A program made the translations under genes and the position numbers. From assembly GCA_041640595.1 (NCBI GenBank), contig JBEPZY010000005.1:256001-320000 (forward strand): a stretch of DNA of 64,000 nt, given 5' to 3'. Shown piece after piece: positions 49,731-59,396 of the stretch; position 1 is the stretch's first letter; each line of letters begins with the position of its first letter. The notes beneath the pieces are model-generated. The model was not told the origin of the DNA, made no database searches, and worked only from the letters and a program-made list of their open reading frames with translations. Source of the DNA: Gemmatales bacterium. Its GTDB lineage: Bacteria > Planctomycetota > Planctomycetia > Gemmatales > HRBIN36.

Positions 49731-50084
49731 ATGAAACTTATTGTCGCAATCATCCGACCGGAAAAGCTGGACGAAGTGCAGCGAGCTTTGAATGAGCGGG
49801 ATGTTTACCTCATGACGGTCAGCGACGTACGCGGTTGTGGCCGGCAACGGGGCTACACCGAAGTTTATCGCGGTACGGAGATGCAAATACGGCTGCTGCC
49901 GAAATTGAAACTCGAAATTGCGGTCAACGATGCATTCGTCGAGGCCACGATTGAAGCCATCGTTCAGGCGGGCCGCACGGGCGAAACTGGAGCGATCGGC
50001 GACGGCAAGATTTTCGTATTGCCTCTGGAAGACTGCGTGCGCATCCGCACGGGCGAGCGAGGACCGCAGGCGATTGGGCCGTGA
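49731..50084 (+). CDS. glnK: P-II nitrogen regulatory protein
   Basis: AIIRPEKL, GCGRQRGYTEVYRG, IGDGKIFV, RIRTGE; linked to amt. Confidence 0.93.
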   Translation: MKLIVAIIRPEKLDEVQRALNERDVYLMTVSDVRGCGRQRGYTEVYRGTEMQIRLLPKLKLEIAVNDAFVEATIEAIVQAGRTGETGAIGDGKIFVLPLEDCVRIRTGERGPQAIGP

Positions 50085-50502
50085 AGTTTTACTGTTCTTT
50101 GCAGAGGCTTGACGTACGGCGCCGGGCGCAGCACTATGAGCGCATGCTCAGTAAGCGATAAAGGCAACCCGCGAGGCTGGCACTGTCTGGGCAAGGCGCT
50201 GTGAAGGTACGTAGTGCAGCAACGCTGTCCGAAAGGGGATAACCTCAGTTCTACCAGGTTGCGAATTGCCACGTTTGCCGTGCAGCCAACGCTGGCCTTG
50301 AGGGCACCGTGTTAGCGATTGGCAGAAGCCTTGGCGGCTCAGCCAGGTGCGTCTGTTATCTAATTATTAGATGCGGTTAGGAAGCTGGCGGGTTGGAAAA
50401 GTGTAGCGGTCGGCTTATATCCCGTTGGACGCATATAATGCCAATGCAAAAGGCGATATGCTGTGGAAGTATGACGCGACGATCATGGAGGTTAACCGAG
50501 TT

Positions 50503-51651
50503 ATGCCCGTAGCGCAGGAGAGCTTGCAGGAAGTGCTCGATCGCCATAGTGCAATTGGCGAGTTGTGGCGAATAGAGCAAGGGCGAGTTCGCTGTCTAGC
50601 CTGTGGTCATCGCTGCCTGATTGGTGAAAGCAAGCGCGGTATCTGCCGGGTGCGCTTCGTTCGCGACGGAAAATTGCAGGTACCGTTTGGCTACGTGGCA
50701 GCCTTGCAATGCGATCCGGTGGAGAAAAAGCCCTTTTTCCATGTTCTTCCCGGCAGCCGGGCCCTGACTTTCGGCATGCTCGGCTGTGACCTGCATTGTG
50801 CATACTGTCAAAACTGGCTCACCAGTCAGGCCCTGCGCGACCCGGCTGCGGGAACACCCATTCACCCTGTTTCCGCGGAGCAATTGGTGGATCTCGCTGA
50901 AGAATGCCGGGCCCGATTGATCGTCTCCAGCTACAACGAGCCGCTGATCACCTCCGAATGGGCGTCGGCAGTATTTCGTCTCGGCACGGCGCGGGGATTT
51001 TTGTGTGCGTATGTATCCAACGGCAACGCTACACCGGAGGTCCTGGATTATCTGCGTCCCTATGTCGCCGCTTACAAAGTTGACCTGAAGACCTTTCAGG
51101 ATCGCCATTATCGCCAACTTGGCGGCACACTGGAACGTGTCCTGGAAACGCTGCGGGGGTTGGTCACCCGAGGTTTCTGGGTGGAGGTGGTGACGCTGCT
51201 CGTGCCTGGCTTCAATGATTCCCGGGAGGAACTGCGGGATATCGCCCGGTTTCTGGTCACGCTGAATCCGAGCATACCCTGGCATGTGACCGCGTTTCAT
51301 CCCGATTACAAGATGCAGGACCGGGATGGAACCACGGTGGTACAACTGCGTCAAGCGGCCGAAATTGGCGTCGAGGCGGGCCTGCGATTTGTCTATGCGG
51401 GTAATCTACCCGGCCAGGTTGATCCCTGGGAAGACACACGCTGTCCGCAGTGCCGCACCACCTTGATTCGCCGATATGGTTTTCGTGTGCTGGAGAATCG
51501 GCTCACAGATCGCGGTCATTGTCCTGAGTGTGGTCAGGCGATTCCGGGCATCTGGTGCTGGCCCGTTGGACAGGTAAATGGTCAAGCCACCAAGGTTCCT
51601 GATTCAGGAGCGGATTATGTTTCGGCGGGAAGTCGAGATTCACTGCGATAA
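50503..51651 (+). CDS. amrS: AmmeMemoRadiSam system radical SAM enzyme
   Basis: CLACGHRC, DPVEKKPFFH..PG, GCDLHCAYCQNW, YNEP, PWHVTAFHPDY, YAGN...T.CPQC. Confidence 0.9.
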   Translation: MPVAQESLQEVLDRHSAIGELWRIEQGRVRCLACGHRCLIGESKRGICRVRFVRDGKLQVPFGYVAALQCDPVEKKPFFHVLPGSRALTFGMLGCDLHCAYCQNWLTSQALRDPAAGTPIHPVSAEQLVDLAEECRARLIVSSYNEPLITSEWASAVFRLGTARGFLCAYVSNGNATPEVLDYLRPYVAAYKVDLKTFQDRHYRQLGGTLERVLETLRGLVTRGFWVEVVTLLVPGFNDSREELRDIARFLVTLNPSIPWHVTAFHPDYKMQDRDGTTVVQLRQAAEIGVEAGLRFVYAGNLPGQVDPWEDTRCPQCRTTLIRRYGFRVLENRLTDRGHCPECGQAIPGIWCWPVGQVNGQATKVPDSGADYVSAGSRDSLR

Positions 51652-52252
51652 TGTCCGGGTGGCGGGAGAAATTACCGTGCCCGAAGCGGCAGCGGGCGTG
51701 GTAGTTTTCGCCCATGGCAGTGGGAGCAGCCGCTTCAGCCCGCGCAATCAGTACGTCGCTGGAGTATTGCAAACTGCGGGACTGGCTACACTGTTGCTCG
51801 ATCTGCTGACCGAAATGGAAGCGCAGGATCGGCAAAAGGTTTTTGACGTGGTCTTACTGGCGCGGCGATTACGGGCTGCAAAAGCCTGGCTGGCGGAGCA
51901 ACCGCAGACCAATCAGCTGGCCTGCGGTTATTTCGGTGCCAGCACCGGAGCGGCTGCTGCACTGATTGCCGCTGCCCAGGAACCGACCGGTGTGCGAGCG
52001 ATAGTTTCGCGTGGTGGCCGACCTGACCTGGCCAGCGATTACCTGCCTCTGGTGCAGGCACCAACTTTGCTCATCGTGGGCGAACGGGATGAGGTCGTGC
52101 TCGAACTCAATAAACAGGCGGCTCAGCGCTTGCGTTGCCCCTATGAGATATACGTCGTTCCTGGAGCAACCCACCTGTTTCCCGAACCGGGGGCGCTGGA
52201 AAAAGTAGCCGAACTGTCGCGTGATTGGTTCTTGCGGCATTTCCAATCCTGA
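51617..52252 (+). CDS. Alpha/beta hydrolase (dienelactone hydrolase-like)
   Basis: FAHGSGSSRFSPRN, GYFGASTG, SRGGRPDLA, GATHLF.EPG. Confidence 0.88.
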   Translation: MFRREVEIHCDNVRVAGEITVPEAAAGVVVFAHGSGSSRFSPRNQYVAGVLQTAGLATLLLDLLTEMEAQDRQKVFDVVLLARRLRAAKAWLAEQPQTNQLACGYFGASTGAAAALIAAAQEPTGVRAIVSRGGRPDLASDYLPLVQAPTLLIVGERDEVVLELNKQAAQRLRCPYEIYVVPGATHLFPEPGALEKVAELSRDWFLRHFQS

Positions 52253-52553
52253 AATAAGCTGGGCAGTTCGTGCTTCCCCCAGCCGGAGCTGACAGCGTTG
52301 CTGAGAATAATGCCACCACGACCAATCGCTCGCCAAACTGGCCTAGGCGTCCCGCTCAAATCCTGGCATACAACCAGTTGTGGGCTCCAACTTACGCTCC
52401 GCGCGATTTTTGACTTCCAGTTGCCTGGTAGCACTGCGCCTGATGCATGCTCCTGCGAGGACAATTTCCGACCCATCGCGCAACTTCGGGGCGATTGGAA
52501 GGCTTCCGATCACTTGCCGAGGCTAACGTATCCGACTTTTCATGGTGAAATAG

Positions 52554-53618
52554 ATGCCGGCCGAGCGACAGACTTTTCCGAACGGAAGCGCAGACCGCGA
52601 GCCTGCCACGTCGCATTTGCCGCTGTACTGGCTGAAGTGGCTCGGCGTCCTGGTGATGCTGGCGCTGACGGCATGTTGCGGTTTGTGGGTGCATCACACT
52701 TTTCTCGGCACTAATTTCCACGCAGTTGTGCCGGGCAAGATTTACCGGAGTGCCCAGCTGGAGGCGGAAACTTTAGCGGAGATCGTTCGACGTTATGGTC
52801 TGCGTAGCGTCATCAACCTCCGCGGGTGCTGCCCGGAGTTTGACTGGTACCAGCAGGAACGCCAGACCCTGCAAAGCTTGAACGTGCGGCAGTACGACAT
52901 CCGCTTTTCTTACCGAGCTCCGCCACCGGTGCCGGAACTTAGAAATTTAGTTCGGGTGTTATCGGACTGCGAAAGACCGGTGCTGCTCCATTGCCGACGC
53001 GGTGCTGACCGAACGGGACTAGCTTCGGCCATCGCACTGATATGCGAAAACGAGAGTTTGGAGGTTGCTCGGAAACAATTGTCGCCTTTTTATGGCTGGT
53101 TTCCTGCAGGTGGCCCCGAGCGATTGGCCGAGGTGCTCGACTGGTACGCGGACTGGCTGAAAAAATTGCAGCTTGCGTCAAGCCGCGAAGTTTTTGCTCT
53201 CTGGGTTGAGGAACACTATAAACCGGGACATCTCTGGGCCGAACTTGAACCACTTTCCGTTCCCGATCGCTGGCGAGTAGGGGAGACGGTAGCGGCGCGA
53301 TTCCGAGTACACAATCGCAGTGATTTTTGCTGGCGGTTCCGCATTACGCCGCGTGTCGGTGTGCATCTGCGAGCCTGGCTGTTACCGGGGGACATAGAAG
53401 TGCGTGACCCGGCGGAGTTGGCTGGTTTGCCCAGCGATGCGGCGGGGTTCTTCAACACGACCGTCGCTCCGGGGGAAAGCCTGGAGATAACGTTACCGCT
53501 ACCGCGTTCCGATCGGGCCGGAAAGTTCGTGCTGCTTGTGGATTTGGTGGATGCACACGATGGGCCTTTTGGCGTTTATGGCTCGCCCACTTTTCGTCGC
53601 TGGGTAACTGTGGAGTAA
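52554..53618 (+). CDS. Membrane-anchored tyrosine/dual-specificity phosphatase-family protein with C-terminal Ig-like domain
   Basis: NFHAVVPGKIYRSAQ, SVINLRG, HCRRGADRTG (CX5R). Confidence 0.85.
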   Translation: MPAERQTFPNGSADREPATSHLPLYWLKWLGVLVMLALTACCGLWVHHTFLGTNFHAVVPGKIYRSAQLEAETLAEIVRRYGLRSVINLRGCCPEFDWYQQERQTLQSLNVRQYDIRFSYRAPPPVPELRNLVRVLSDCERPVLLHCRRGADRTGLASAIALICENESLEVARKQLSPFYGWFPAGGPERLAEVLDWYADWLKKLQLASSREVFALWVEEHYKPGHLWAELEPLSVPDRWRVGETVAARFRVHNRSDFCWRFRITPRVGVHLRAWLLPGDIEVRDPAELAGLPSDAAGFFNTTVAPGESLEITLPLPRSDRAGKFVLLVDLVDAHDGPFGVYGSPTFRRWVTVE

Positions 53619-53664
53619 TGCCCACAAATGATTGCGCACATTCCTGGGCCAGGCGGGTGCGAAT

Positions 53665-54729
53665 ATGTCAATGTCGCATAAGGAATCGATATCGCTGAGC
53701 CGGTGGATCAAGTTGCTCGGTCGCTGTCTGGTGGCGTTGGGTCTATTGGGCTGGCTTTTATCGGGCCAGCGCGGGTATCAGGTCTGGCAGATGCTGGCGC
53801 AGCTGCAAACTGTCCCGTTTTTGACGGCCTGCTTGCTTTACGGTCTGGCGCAGGTGCTGAGTAGCTGGCGGTGGCAGTGGTTGGCCCGCACGGTGACGAT
53901 CGAGGCACGCTTGAGCTGGTTAGTGCGGCTGTATTTTGTCGGCATGTTTTTCAATCTGTTTTTGCCGACATCCATGGGCGGCGATTTTGTGCGCAGCTGG
54001 CTCTTAGCCCGTCGGACTCAGCGGCATGAACTGCGTCATGCGGTGCTGAGTGTCCTGAGCGAGCGGCTCAACGGACTCATCGCGCTATTGGTACTGGGAT
54101 GCCTGGCCAGTTTGTCGGTGGTCGGTCGCTTACCACTCTGGCAGGTAGCAGTCATGTGGAGCCTGGTACTTAGCAGCATTCTGCTGCTGGTTCTCTTGCC
54201 GATCCTGGGGAAACGGTTGGTTCGCCTGGCCAGTCTGGCCCAGGCCCTGAGCATCTCCGCCCAACAACTGCCGGTCTGGTGGCGGGCGTTTCTGGTATCG
54301 CTGCTGGTGCAGCTGGCGGCGGTCGTTCAGGTTTGGCTGGTGGCTAACGCTTTGCACCTGCATATATCGCTGGCGGTGTTGGCGGTTGTAGTGCCCCTGG
54401 TGACCGTAGCCAGTCTGATCCCGGTCAGCATTGCCGGACTGGGATTGCGAGAAGGGACTTTGATGCTATTGTTAGGGCCGCTGGGTGTGTCGGCGACGGA
54501 AGCGGTTTCCCTGGGTCTGGGCTGGCTGGCCATGCAAGGGGTAACCAGTCTGGTCGGCCTACCACTCTGGCTCACCCTGCCGGAAACCGCATCGCTATCC
54601 TCCCAGACAAGCCCTTCTGGCGAACATTCCCAGGGCAGTCGGGCATTCAGGCACGGAGAATTCACTCATGGACGTCTCGGTGGTGATTCCCATCAAGGAC
54701 GAGAAGGACAATCTGCCGTTGCTGCATGA
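53665..54729 (+). CDS. Lysylphosphatidylglycerol synthase TM-domain / flippase-like protein (UPF0104)
   Basis: SWRWQ, GMFFNLFLPTSMGGD.VR, P.SIAGLGLREG. Confidence 0.85.
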   Translation: MSMSHKESISLSRWIKLLGRCLVALGLLGWLLSGQRGYQVWQMLAQLQTVPFLTACLLYGLAQVLSSWRWQWLARTVTIEARLSWLVRLYFVGMFFNLFLPTSMGGDFVRSWLLARRTQRHELRHAVLSVLSERLNGLIALLVLGCLASLSVVGRLPLWQVAVMWSLVLSSILLLVLLPILGKRLVRLASLAQALSISAQQLPVWWRAFLVSLLVQLAAVVQVWLVANALHLHISLAVLAVVVPLVTVASLIPVSIAGLGLREGTLMLLLGPLGVSATEAVSLGLGWLAMQGVTSLVGLPLWLTLPETASLSSQTSPSGEHSQGSRAFRHGEFTHGRLGGDSHQGREGQSAVAA

Positions 54730-55642
54730 CCAATTGCTGCGCGCCCTGGAACCGACCGGCTGGCAATTTGAGCTGATTTTTGTGGACGACGGCAGTACCG
54801 ACGGCTCGAGCGAAGTTCTGGAACAGCTGGCGTTACAGGATGCCCGAGTCAAAGTGGTGCAGTTGACCAGAAACTTTGGCCAGACACCTGCTATGCGGGC
54901 CGGGATCGATCATGCTCTGGGCGAGATTGTGGTTACTATGGACGGCGACCTGCAGAACGATCCTGCAGACATTCCTGTGCTGGTTGGCTATCTTCGGGAA
55001 GGTTATGACGTGGTTTTAGGCTGGCGGAAAGAGCGGCAGGATGCCCTGCTGGTCCGCAAAATTCCCAGCTGGATCGCCAATTGGCTGATTCGGCGGGTAA
55101 CCCATTCCAGCGTTCGTGACCTGGGTTGCACCCTCCGGGCTATGCGTCGTGAAATTGCCCTGGAGTTGCCTCAATACGGCGAGATGCACCGATTTATTTC
55201 TGTGCTGCTGCAAAATAGTGGCTACCGCATCCTGCAGGTTCCGGTTCGCCATCATCCTCGCCGATTCGGGCAGACCAAATATTCTCTGACACGGACCGTG
55301 CGCGTGCTGCTGGACTTGATCACCGTGCGGTTTCTGCAAGCGTATCTGACCCGACCGATGCACGTGTTTGGGCTCAGTGGCATGCTGTGCATGGTCGGGA
55401 GCTTCGTCAGCCTGAGCGTGGCGTTATTGCAGAAGCTCGTCTGGGCAGAACGGCTCAACCGCAACCCGCTCGTTCTGCTGAGTGTATTGCTCGTGGTAGT
55501 GGGAGTGCAATTTATCTCGCTGGGGCTGATCGGCGAAGTGCTGACACGCACTTATTTCGAAAGCCAGGGAAAAACCGCTTACCGCGTGCGGCGGACAATC
55601 AACATAGCAACGGTTCCGAGCAGTCGGGCTCGCGCTGCCTGA
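54668..55642 (+). CDS. Glycosyltransferase family 2 (ArnC/GtrB-like, polyprenol-phosphate type)
   Basis: SVVIP, VDDGSTD, RNFGQ, MDGDLQNDP, two C-terminal TMs. Confidence 0.92.
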   Translation: MDVSVVIPIKDEKDNLPLLHDQLLRALEPTGWQFELIFVDDGSTDGSSEVLEQLALQDARVKVVQLTRNFGQTPAMRAGIDHALGEIVVTMDGDLQNDPADIPVLVGYLREGYDVVLGWRKERQDALLVRKIPSWIANWLIRRVTHSSVRDLGCTLRAMRREIALELPQYGEMHRFISVLLQNSGYRILQVPVRHHPRRFGQTKYSLTRTVRVLLDLITVRFLQAYLTRPMHVFGLSGMLCMVGSFVSLSVALLQKLVWAERLNRNPLVLLSVLLVVVGVQFISLGLIGEVLTRTYFESQGKTAYRVRRTINIATVPSSRARAA

Positions 55643-55679
55643 GCTGTTTCGGGCTCGCGCTGGTTGAGCGGACGCAGAC

Positions 55680-55706
55680 CGGCAAGAAAAATTTTTGCCG
55701 TTTTTT
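55680..55706 (+). terminator. Intrinsic terminator after the GT2 operon
   Basis: cggcaaga / ttttgccg stem then tttttt. Confidence 0.65.
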
Positions 55707-55833
55707 GGTGGACATTAGCTTTGTTGGGGAATAAAAGATACGCATCAGGCATCTAGTCTATGGACGCGCAAACCCGGCCCGGGTAGCGTGTCTGGAGTAT
55801 CCCAGGGCAACACGCGAAAGGACAGGTGCAACC

Positions 55834-56166
55834 ATGAAGAAACTGCTGGCATGCTTGATCGCGGGAGTGCTGGTATTCGGACTCGGCTGCCGCAGTGGCG
55901 AAGCTACTAAGCCGTCGCCCGCTAAGGACAAAGGCACACCAGGCAAACCAGAACCGCCCAAGACCGAACCCAAGCCTACGCCAACGCAAACGAAGCCGAA
56001 AGAAGAACCGAAGTCTCCGGACAAGAAAGAACCGGAACCTAAGAAGGAACCAGAGCCTAAGAAGCAACCAGAACCTAAGTCCGAGGACAAGAAGCCTCCA
56101 GAGAAGAAGCCCGAAGGCGAGAAGAAGCCTGGCGATGAAAAGAAGGCTAACGGAGAAAAGAAGTAG
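55834..56166 (+). CDS. Small lipoprotein 1 (110 aa, Lys/Glu/Pro-rich)
   Basis: MKKLLACLIAGVLVFGLGC lipobox (Cys19); KKEPEP repeats. Confidence 0.85.
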   Translation: MKKLLACLIAGVLVFGLGCRSGEATKPSPAKDKGTPGKPEPPKTEPKPTPTQTKPKEEPKSPDKKEPEPKKEPEPKKQPEPKSEDKKPPEKKPEGEKKPGDEKKANGEKK

Positions 56167-56310
56167 GACTGACCTCACATAATGCGAACCTGTGCAAAGC
56201 TGCACAAACGGGCTTCGCGCAATTGCTGACTTTCGCAGGACATTTGCCGGCGGAGTGGTTCCGCAGGCAACACATAGATTGGGAACCATCAAAAACGAAA
56301 GGAGCAGACC

Positions 56311-56454
56311 ATGAAGAAACTGCTGAGCGCTTTGCTGGTGGCATTGCTGGGCTTGGCCATCATTGGCTGCGGTGGCGGTGAAAGCAAGCCAGCCGGTGGT
56401 GGCGGTGGCGGCGGTGGTGGCGGCACCCCCGGCGCTAAACCGGCCGGGAAGTGA
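56311..56454 (+). CDS. Small lipoprotein 2 (47 aa, poly-Gly)
   Basis: AAAGGAG RBS; MKKLLSALLVALLGLAIIG-C-GGGESKPAGGGGGGGGGGTPGAKPAGK; translated by hand, not in ORF track. Confidence 0.85.
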   Translation: MKKLLSALLVALLGLAIIGCGGGESKPAGGGGGGGGGGTPGAKPAGK

Positions 56455-56537
56455 CAGTTGCCTAGTCTAATTCCTGCCTTGTGAGTGGTCATGCCTGAAC
56501 GACCGAGCAAACTTTTGGCCGAATGGAGCTCAAAGCC

Positions 56538-56702
56538 ATGCGCACGATTATTACTGCAGTGCTACTCGCAACATTGACGATTGCTGGCTTGGGCTGCGGC
56601 GGTGGAAGCAAGCCACCTGCTCCTACTGGTGGAGGTGGTACTGCTGCCGGCACGGAGAATACAGGCCCGCCGGGCATCACTCCGAGTTATCCCAAACCGT
56701 AG
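56538..56702 (+). CDS. Small lipoprotein 3 (54 aa)
   Basis: GGAG RBS; MRTIITAVLLATLTIAGLG-C-GGGSKPPAPTGGGGTAAGTENTGPPGITPSYPKP; translated by hand. Confidence 0.82.
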   Translation: MRTIITAVLLATLTIAGLGCGGGSKPPAPTGGGGTAAGTENTGPPGITPSYPKP

Positions 56703-56855
56703 CCGGAATTGTGCTCGATTCGTCTCGGTCTCCCGATGTGGCCATCGGAAGGTGCTGAACTCGTGGGCACTGGATGGCCACTCCTTGCAATAGTGGTGCC
56801 GCAAACTGGTCCTTCCGACTGCTCCGAAAGATGATTTCCCAGGAGGGAGTGTGCT

Positions 56856-56996
56856 ATGAAATATTGGCTAACGGCAATTTTAGTTGTGCTGATGTGCTGG
56901 GCTTTGGTCGGATGCGGTGGTGACAGTGGCAAACCACCACCTCCGGCGCCTGGTGGTGGCACACCTGCAACCCCAGGTACCAGTGCTACCGGATAA
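56856..56996 (+). CDS. Small lipoprotein 4 (46 aa)
   Basis: AGGAGG RBS; MKYWLTAILVVLMCWALVG-C-GGDSGKPPPPAPGGGTPATPGTSATG; translated by hand. Confidence 0.82.
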   Translation: MKYWLTAILVVLMCWALVGCGGDSGKPPPPAPGGGTPATPGTSATG

Positions 56997-57545
56997 GCGG
57001 GTCTCGCAACTGCCTGCACCAGGATTGAGAAATTCGCTTTTGCATTGCCGGGGCTGTGCTCTGCCGTGGATTAGCTAAGTGCCTCAGACAGGTGGAGCCG
57101 AAGACGTTCGACTTCACCTGAACCAAGTATGCGATAAGCAGAGCGCACGCCCCGGCTTGTCTATTTTGAGCCACGTGTATTATGCCGCTCGAATTTGGTC
57201 ATCGGCGACAGATTCGTGCTTTACAGAAACGAGCATCCTCTGCGAGCGGGTTTCAATCCCACTGGTAACTCGGAAACAGGCTTGCTGTTTTTGTATTCGG
57301 CCTATTCTGCTGCACAAGCAAATGTTCAAACCTTGTCCCGTCCGGCCTTTTGCGGTCTTAGTGTTTTTGCTTAGCTGTGGAAAATTGCTTAGGGCTAGCT
57401 TCCGCGAACTGTGCTGCTTGGGGCACGAGTGTTGTGCTTATTATGACGTAAATTTCGCTGCTTGCACTATGTCCCTGGGAGAACATTGCCAGGAGTCGTA
57501 GGATAATTCCACAGGAAATTGATGAGGATCAAGGAGGCGAGGACG

Positions 57546-57965
57546 GTGTTCCGGAAGATTCTGCTGCCGCTCGATTTGACGGATAAGCACGGCAAAACTC
57601 TGGAAATTGCGGCGAATCTGGCACAGCAAAGCGGCGGCGAGATCACGCTTGTGCACGTCATTGAGCTCATCCCAGACCTGCCGCGCGAGGAACAGCCAGA
57701 CTTTTACGAGCATCTGGAGCAGGAAGCGCGTAAGCATTTGCAGGAGATGGCCCGTCGGCTGGAAGAGCGGCGTATTCCCTGGCACATTGTCATCCTGTAT
57801 GGTAACCGCGCCGATGAGATTATCACGTATGCCACCGAAAGCGGGATGGATTTGATTGTCCTGAGTTCGCACAAAATTGACCTGGACAAACCGCCAGCGG
57901 GCTGGGCCACGATAAGTTACAAGATCGGCATTTTGGCGCAATGTCCGGTGCTGCTCGTCAAATGA
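57546..57965 (+). CDS. Universal stress protein
   Basis: GTG start after AAGGAGG; FRKILLPLD, ITLVHVIE, DLIVLSSH, CPVLLVK. Confidence 0.9.
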   Translation: MFRKILLPLDLTDKHGKTLEIAANLAQQSGGEITLVHVIELIPDLPREEQPDFYEHLEQEARKHLQEMARRLEERRIPWHIVILYGNRADEIITYATESGMDLIVLSSHKIDLDKPPAGWATISYKIGILAQCPVLLVK

Positions 57966-57981
57966 AGCAAGGAAAACGACC

Positions 57982-58590
57982 ATGGCAGCGGGCAACTGGG
58001 CCAAGAGCCATCACAGCGCCGTGGTGATTATTCCGCCCGAAGAAGTTTGGGAGCCGATCCAGGCTTTGCGACGAAAATACGACCGCCAGATTCACCGCTG
58101 GATGCCGCATATTAATTTGCTCTACCCGTTTGTAGCCGAGCAGCATTTCCAGGAGGTAATGCCCTTACTGCAGTCTGTTGTGGCGAAGGTACCCGCCTTT
58201 CGGCTCCGACTGGGTAAGTTCCGCTGGTTTTGTCATCCCACCGGGCGAGCCACAGTCTGGCTGGAACCGGAACCATGCGAAGCGGTGCGTGGGCTGCAAG
58301 CAATCCTGCAGGAAGTTGTTCCGCAGTGCGATGAGCTATCGCGCTTTCCACAAGGGTACACCCCGCACCTCAGCATTGGCCAGACAGCAACGCCAGGGGT
58401 TGAAGCGTTTGCTGGACGACTGCAAGCTCAATGGCAACCGCTGGAGTTTGCAGTGGAACATGTCGCCGTGATCACGCGTGGTGCGGAGGAACCTTTTGCG
58501 GTGCGGCATCGGTTGTTTTTAGCGTCCAGGAATAACCAGGCCGCCATATCGCCGGCACCGGCAGCGCCACCCGCTCACCAGAGTGTATAA
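57982..58590 (+). CDS. 2H phosphoesterase (2'-5' RNA ligase-like)
   Basis: Two H-x-(N/S) motifs: WMPHINLLYPF and YTPHLSIGQ. Confidence 0.85.
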   Translation: MAAGNWAKSHHSAVVIIPPEEVWEPIQALRRKYDRQIHRWMPHINLLYPFVAEQHFQEVMPLLQSVVAKVPAFRLRLGKFRWFCHPTGRATVWLEPEPCEAVRGLQAILQEVVPQCDELSRFPQGYTPHLSIGQTATPGVEAFAGRLQAQWQPLEFAVEHVAVITRGAEEPFAVRHRLFLASRNNQAAISPAPAAPPAHQSV

Positions 58591-59354
58591 CCGCCGTCTA
58601 TTACCAGCACTGCTCCGGTCATGTAACTGGAAGCCTCGCTGGCCAGATAAACAGCGGCAGCACCAATCTCCGACGGTTCACCCAATCGTCCTAAGGGAAT
58701 CTGGCTTTCAATGCGGCTGCGCAGATCGGGCATCTCGCGGAACCAGCGACGGTTGGCGTCGGTCAGGAAAGTACCAGGAGCGATAGCGTTGACCCGCACG
58801 CCGTAAGGTGCCCAGTCCACCGCCAGCGCCCGCGTAAATTGCAGTAATGCCGCTTTCGCTGTTTCGTAAGCTCGGCCATAGATGCCGCGACTGACAATTA
58901 TTCCGCAAATGGAGGCGACATTGATAATGCAGCCGTGACGGCGTTCGACCATCCTGCCGCCAATCAGCTTGCAGCAGAGGAAAGCACTGGTCAGGTTCAA
59001 ATCCAGGATGCGCTGCCAGTCGGCAAGCTCCAACTGCTCCGTGGCAATGTTGATGCGCCGGCCACCGACATTGTTGACAAGAATGTCAATGCGCGGGAAT
59101 GTTTCGAGGATGGTCTGACAAGCCGCGGTAGTGCCGTCGGGGCTGGACAGGTCGCCGGTTATCACATCCACCTGGCGACCGGTGGTGAGCAATTGCGATC
59201 GAGCCTGCTGTAAGTTCTCCGGATCACGAGCGACGAGAACGAGATCAGCTCCGGCTTCAGCAAGTGCTTGAGCGATTGCATAACCCAGACCACGACTGCC
59301 ACCTGTGACTACCGCCCGCTTGCCGTCGAGGCGGAATCGTTCGAGAATGCTCAT
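58575..59354 (-). CDS. SDR family oxidoreductase (gluconate 5-dehydrogenase-like)
   Basis: VTGGSRGLG, ILVNNVG, YETAK, VNAIAPG, DGGY. Confidence 0.92.
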   Translation of the reverse strand: MSILERFRLDGKRAVVTGGSRGLGYAIAQALAEAGADLVLVARDPENLQQARSQLLTTGRQVDVITGDLSSPDGTTAACQTILETFPRIDILVNNVGGRRINIATEQLELADWQRILDLNLTSAFLCCKLIGGRMVERRHGCIINVASICGIIVSRGIYGRAYETAKAALLQFTRALAVDWAPYGVRVNAIAPGTFLTDANRRWFREMPDLRSRIESQIPLGRLGEPSEIGAAAVYLASEASSYMTGAVLVIDGGYTLW

Positions 59355-59396
59355 GGTAAGGGTCTCCGATTTCCTGGGGGCTTCGGGAAGCACGCG

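Noticed and set aside
50155..50260. aaaggcaacccgcgagg resembles the start of a c-di-GMP-I riboswitch
   Set aside because: Lacks the GACGCAAA segment and the second stem
57322..57501. Possible fifth lipopeptide (MFKPCPVRPFAVLVFLLSCGK...)
   Set aside because: No RBS, short hydrophobic core and a Cys-rich tail unlike the other four
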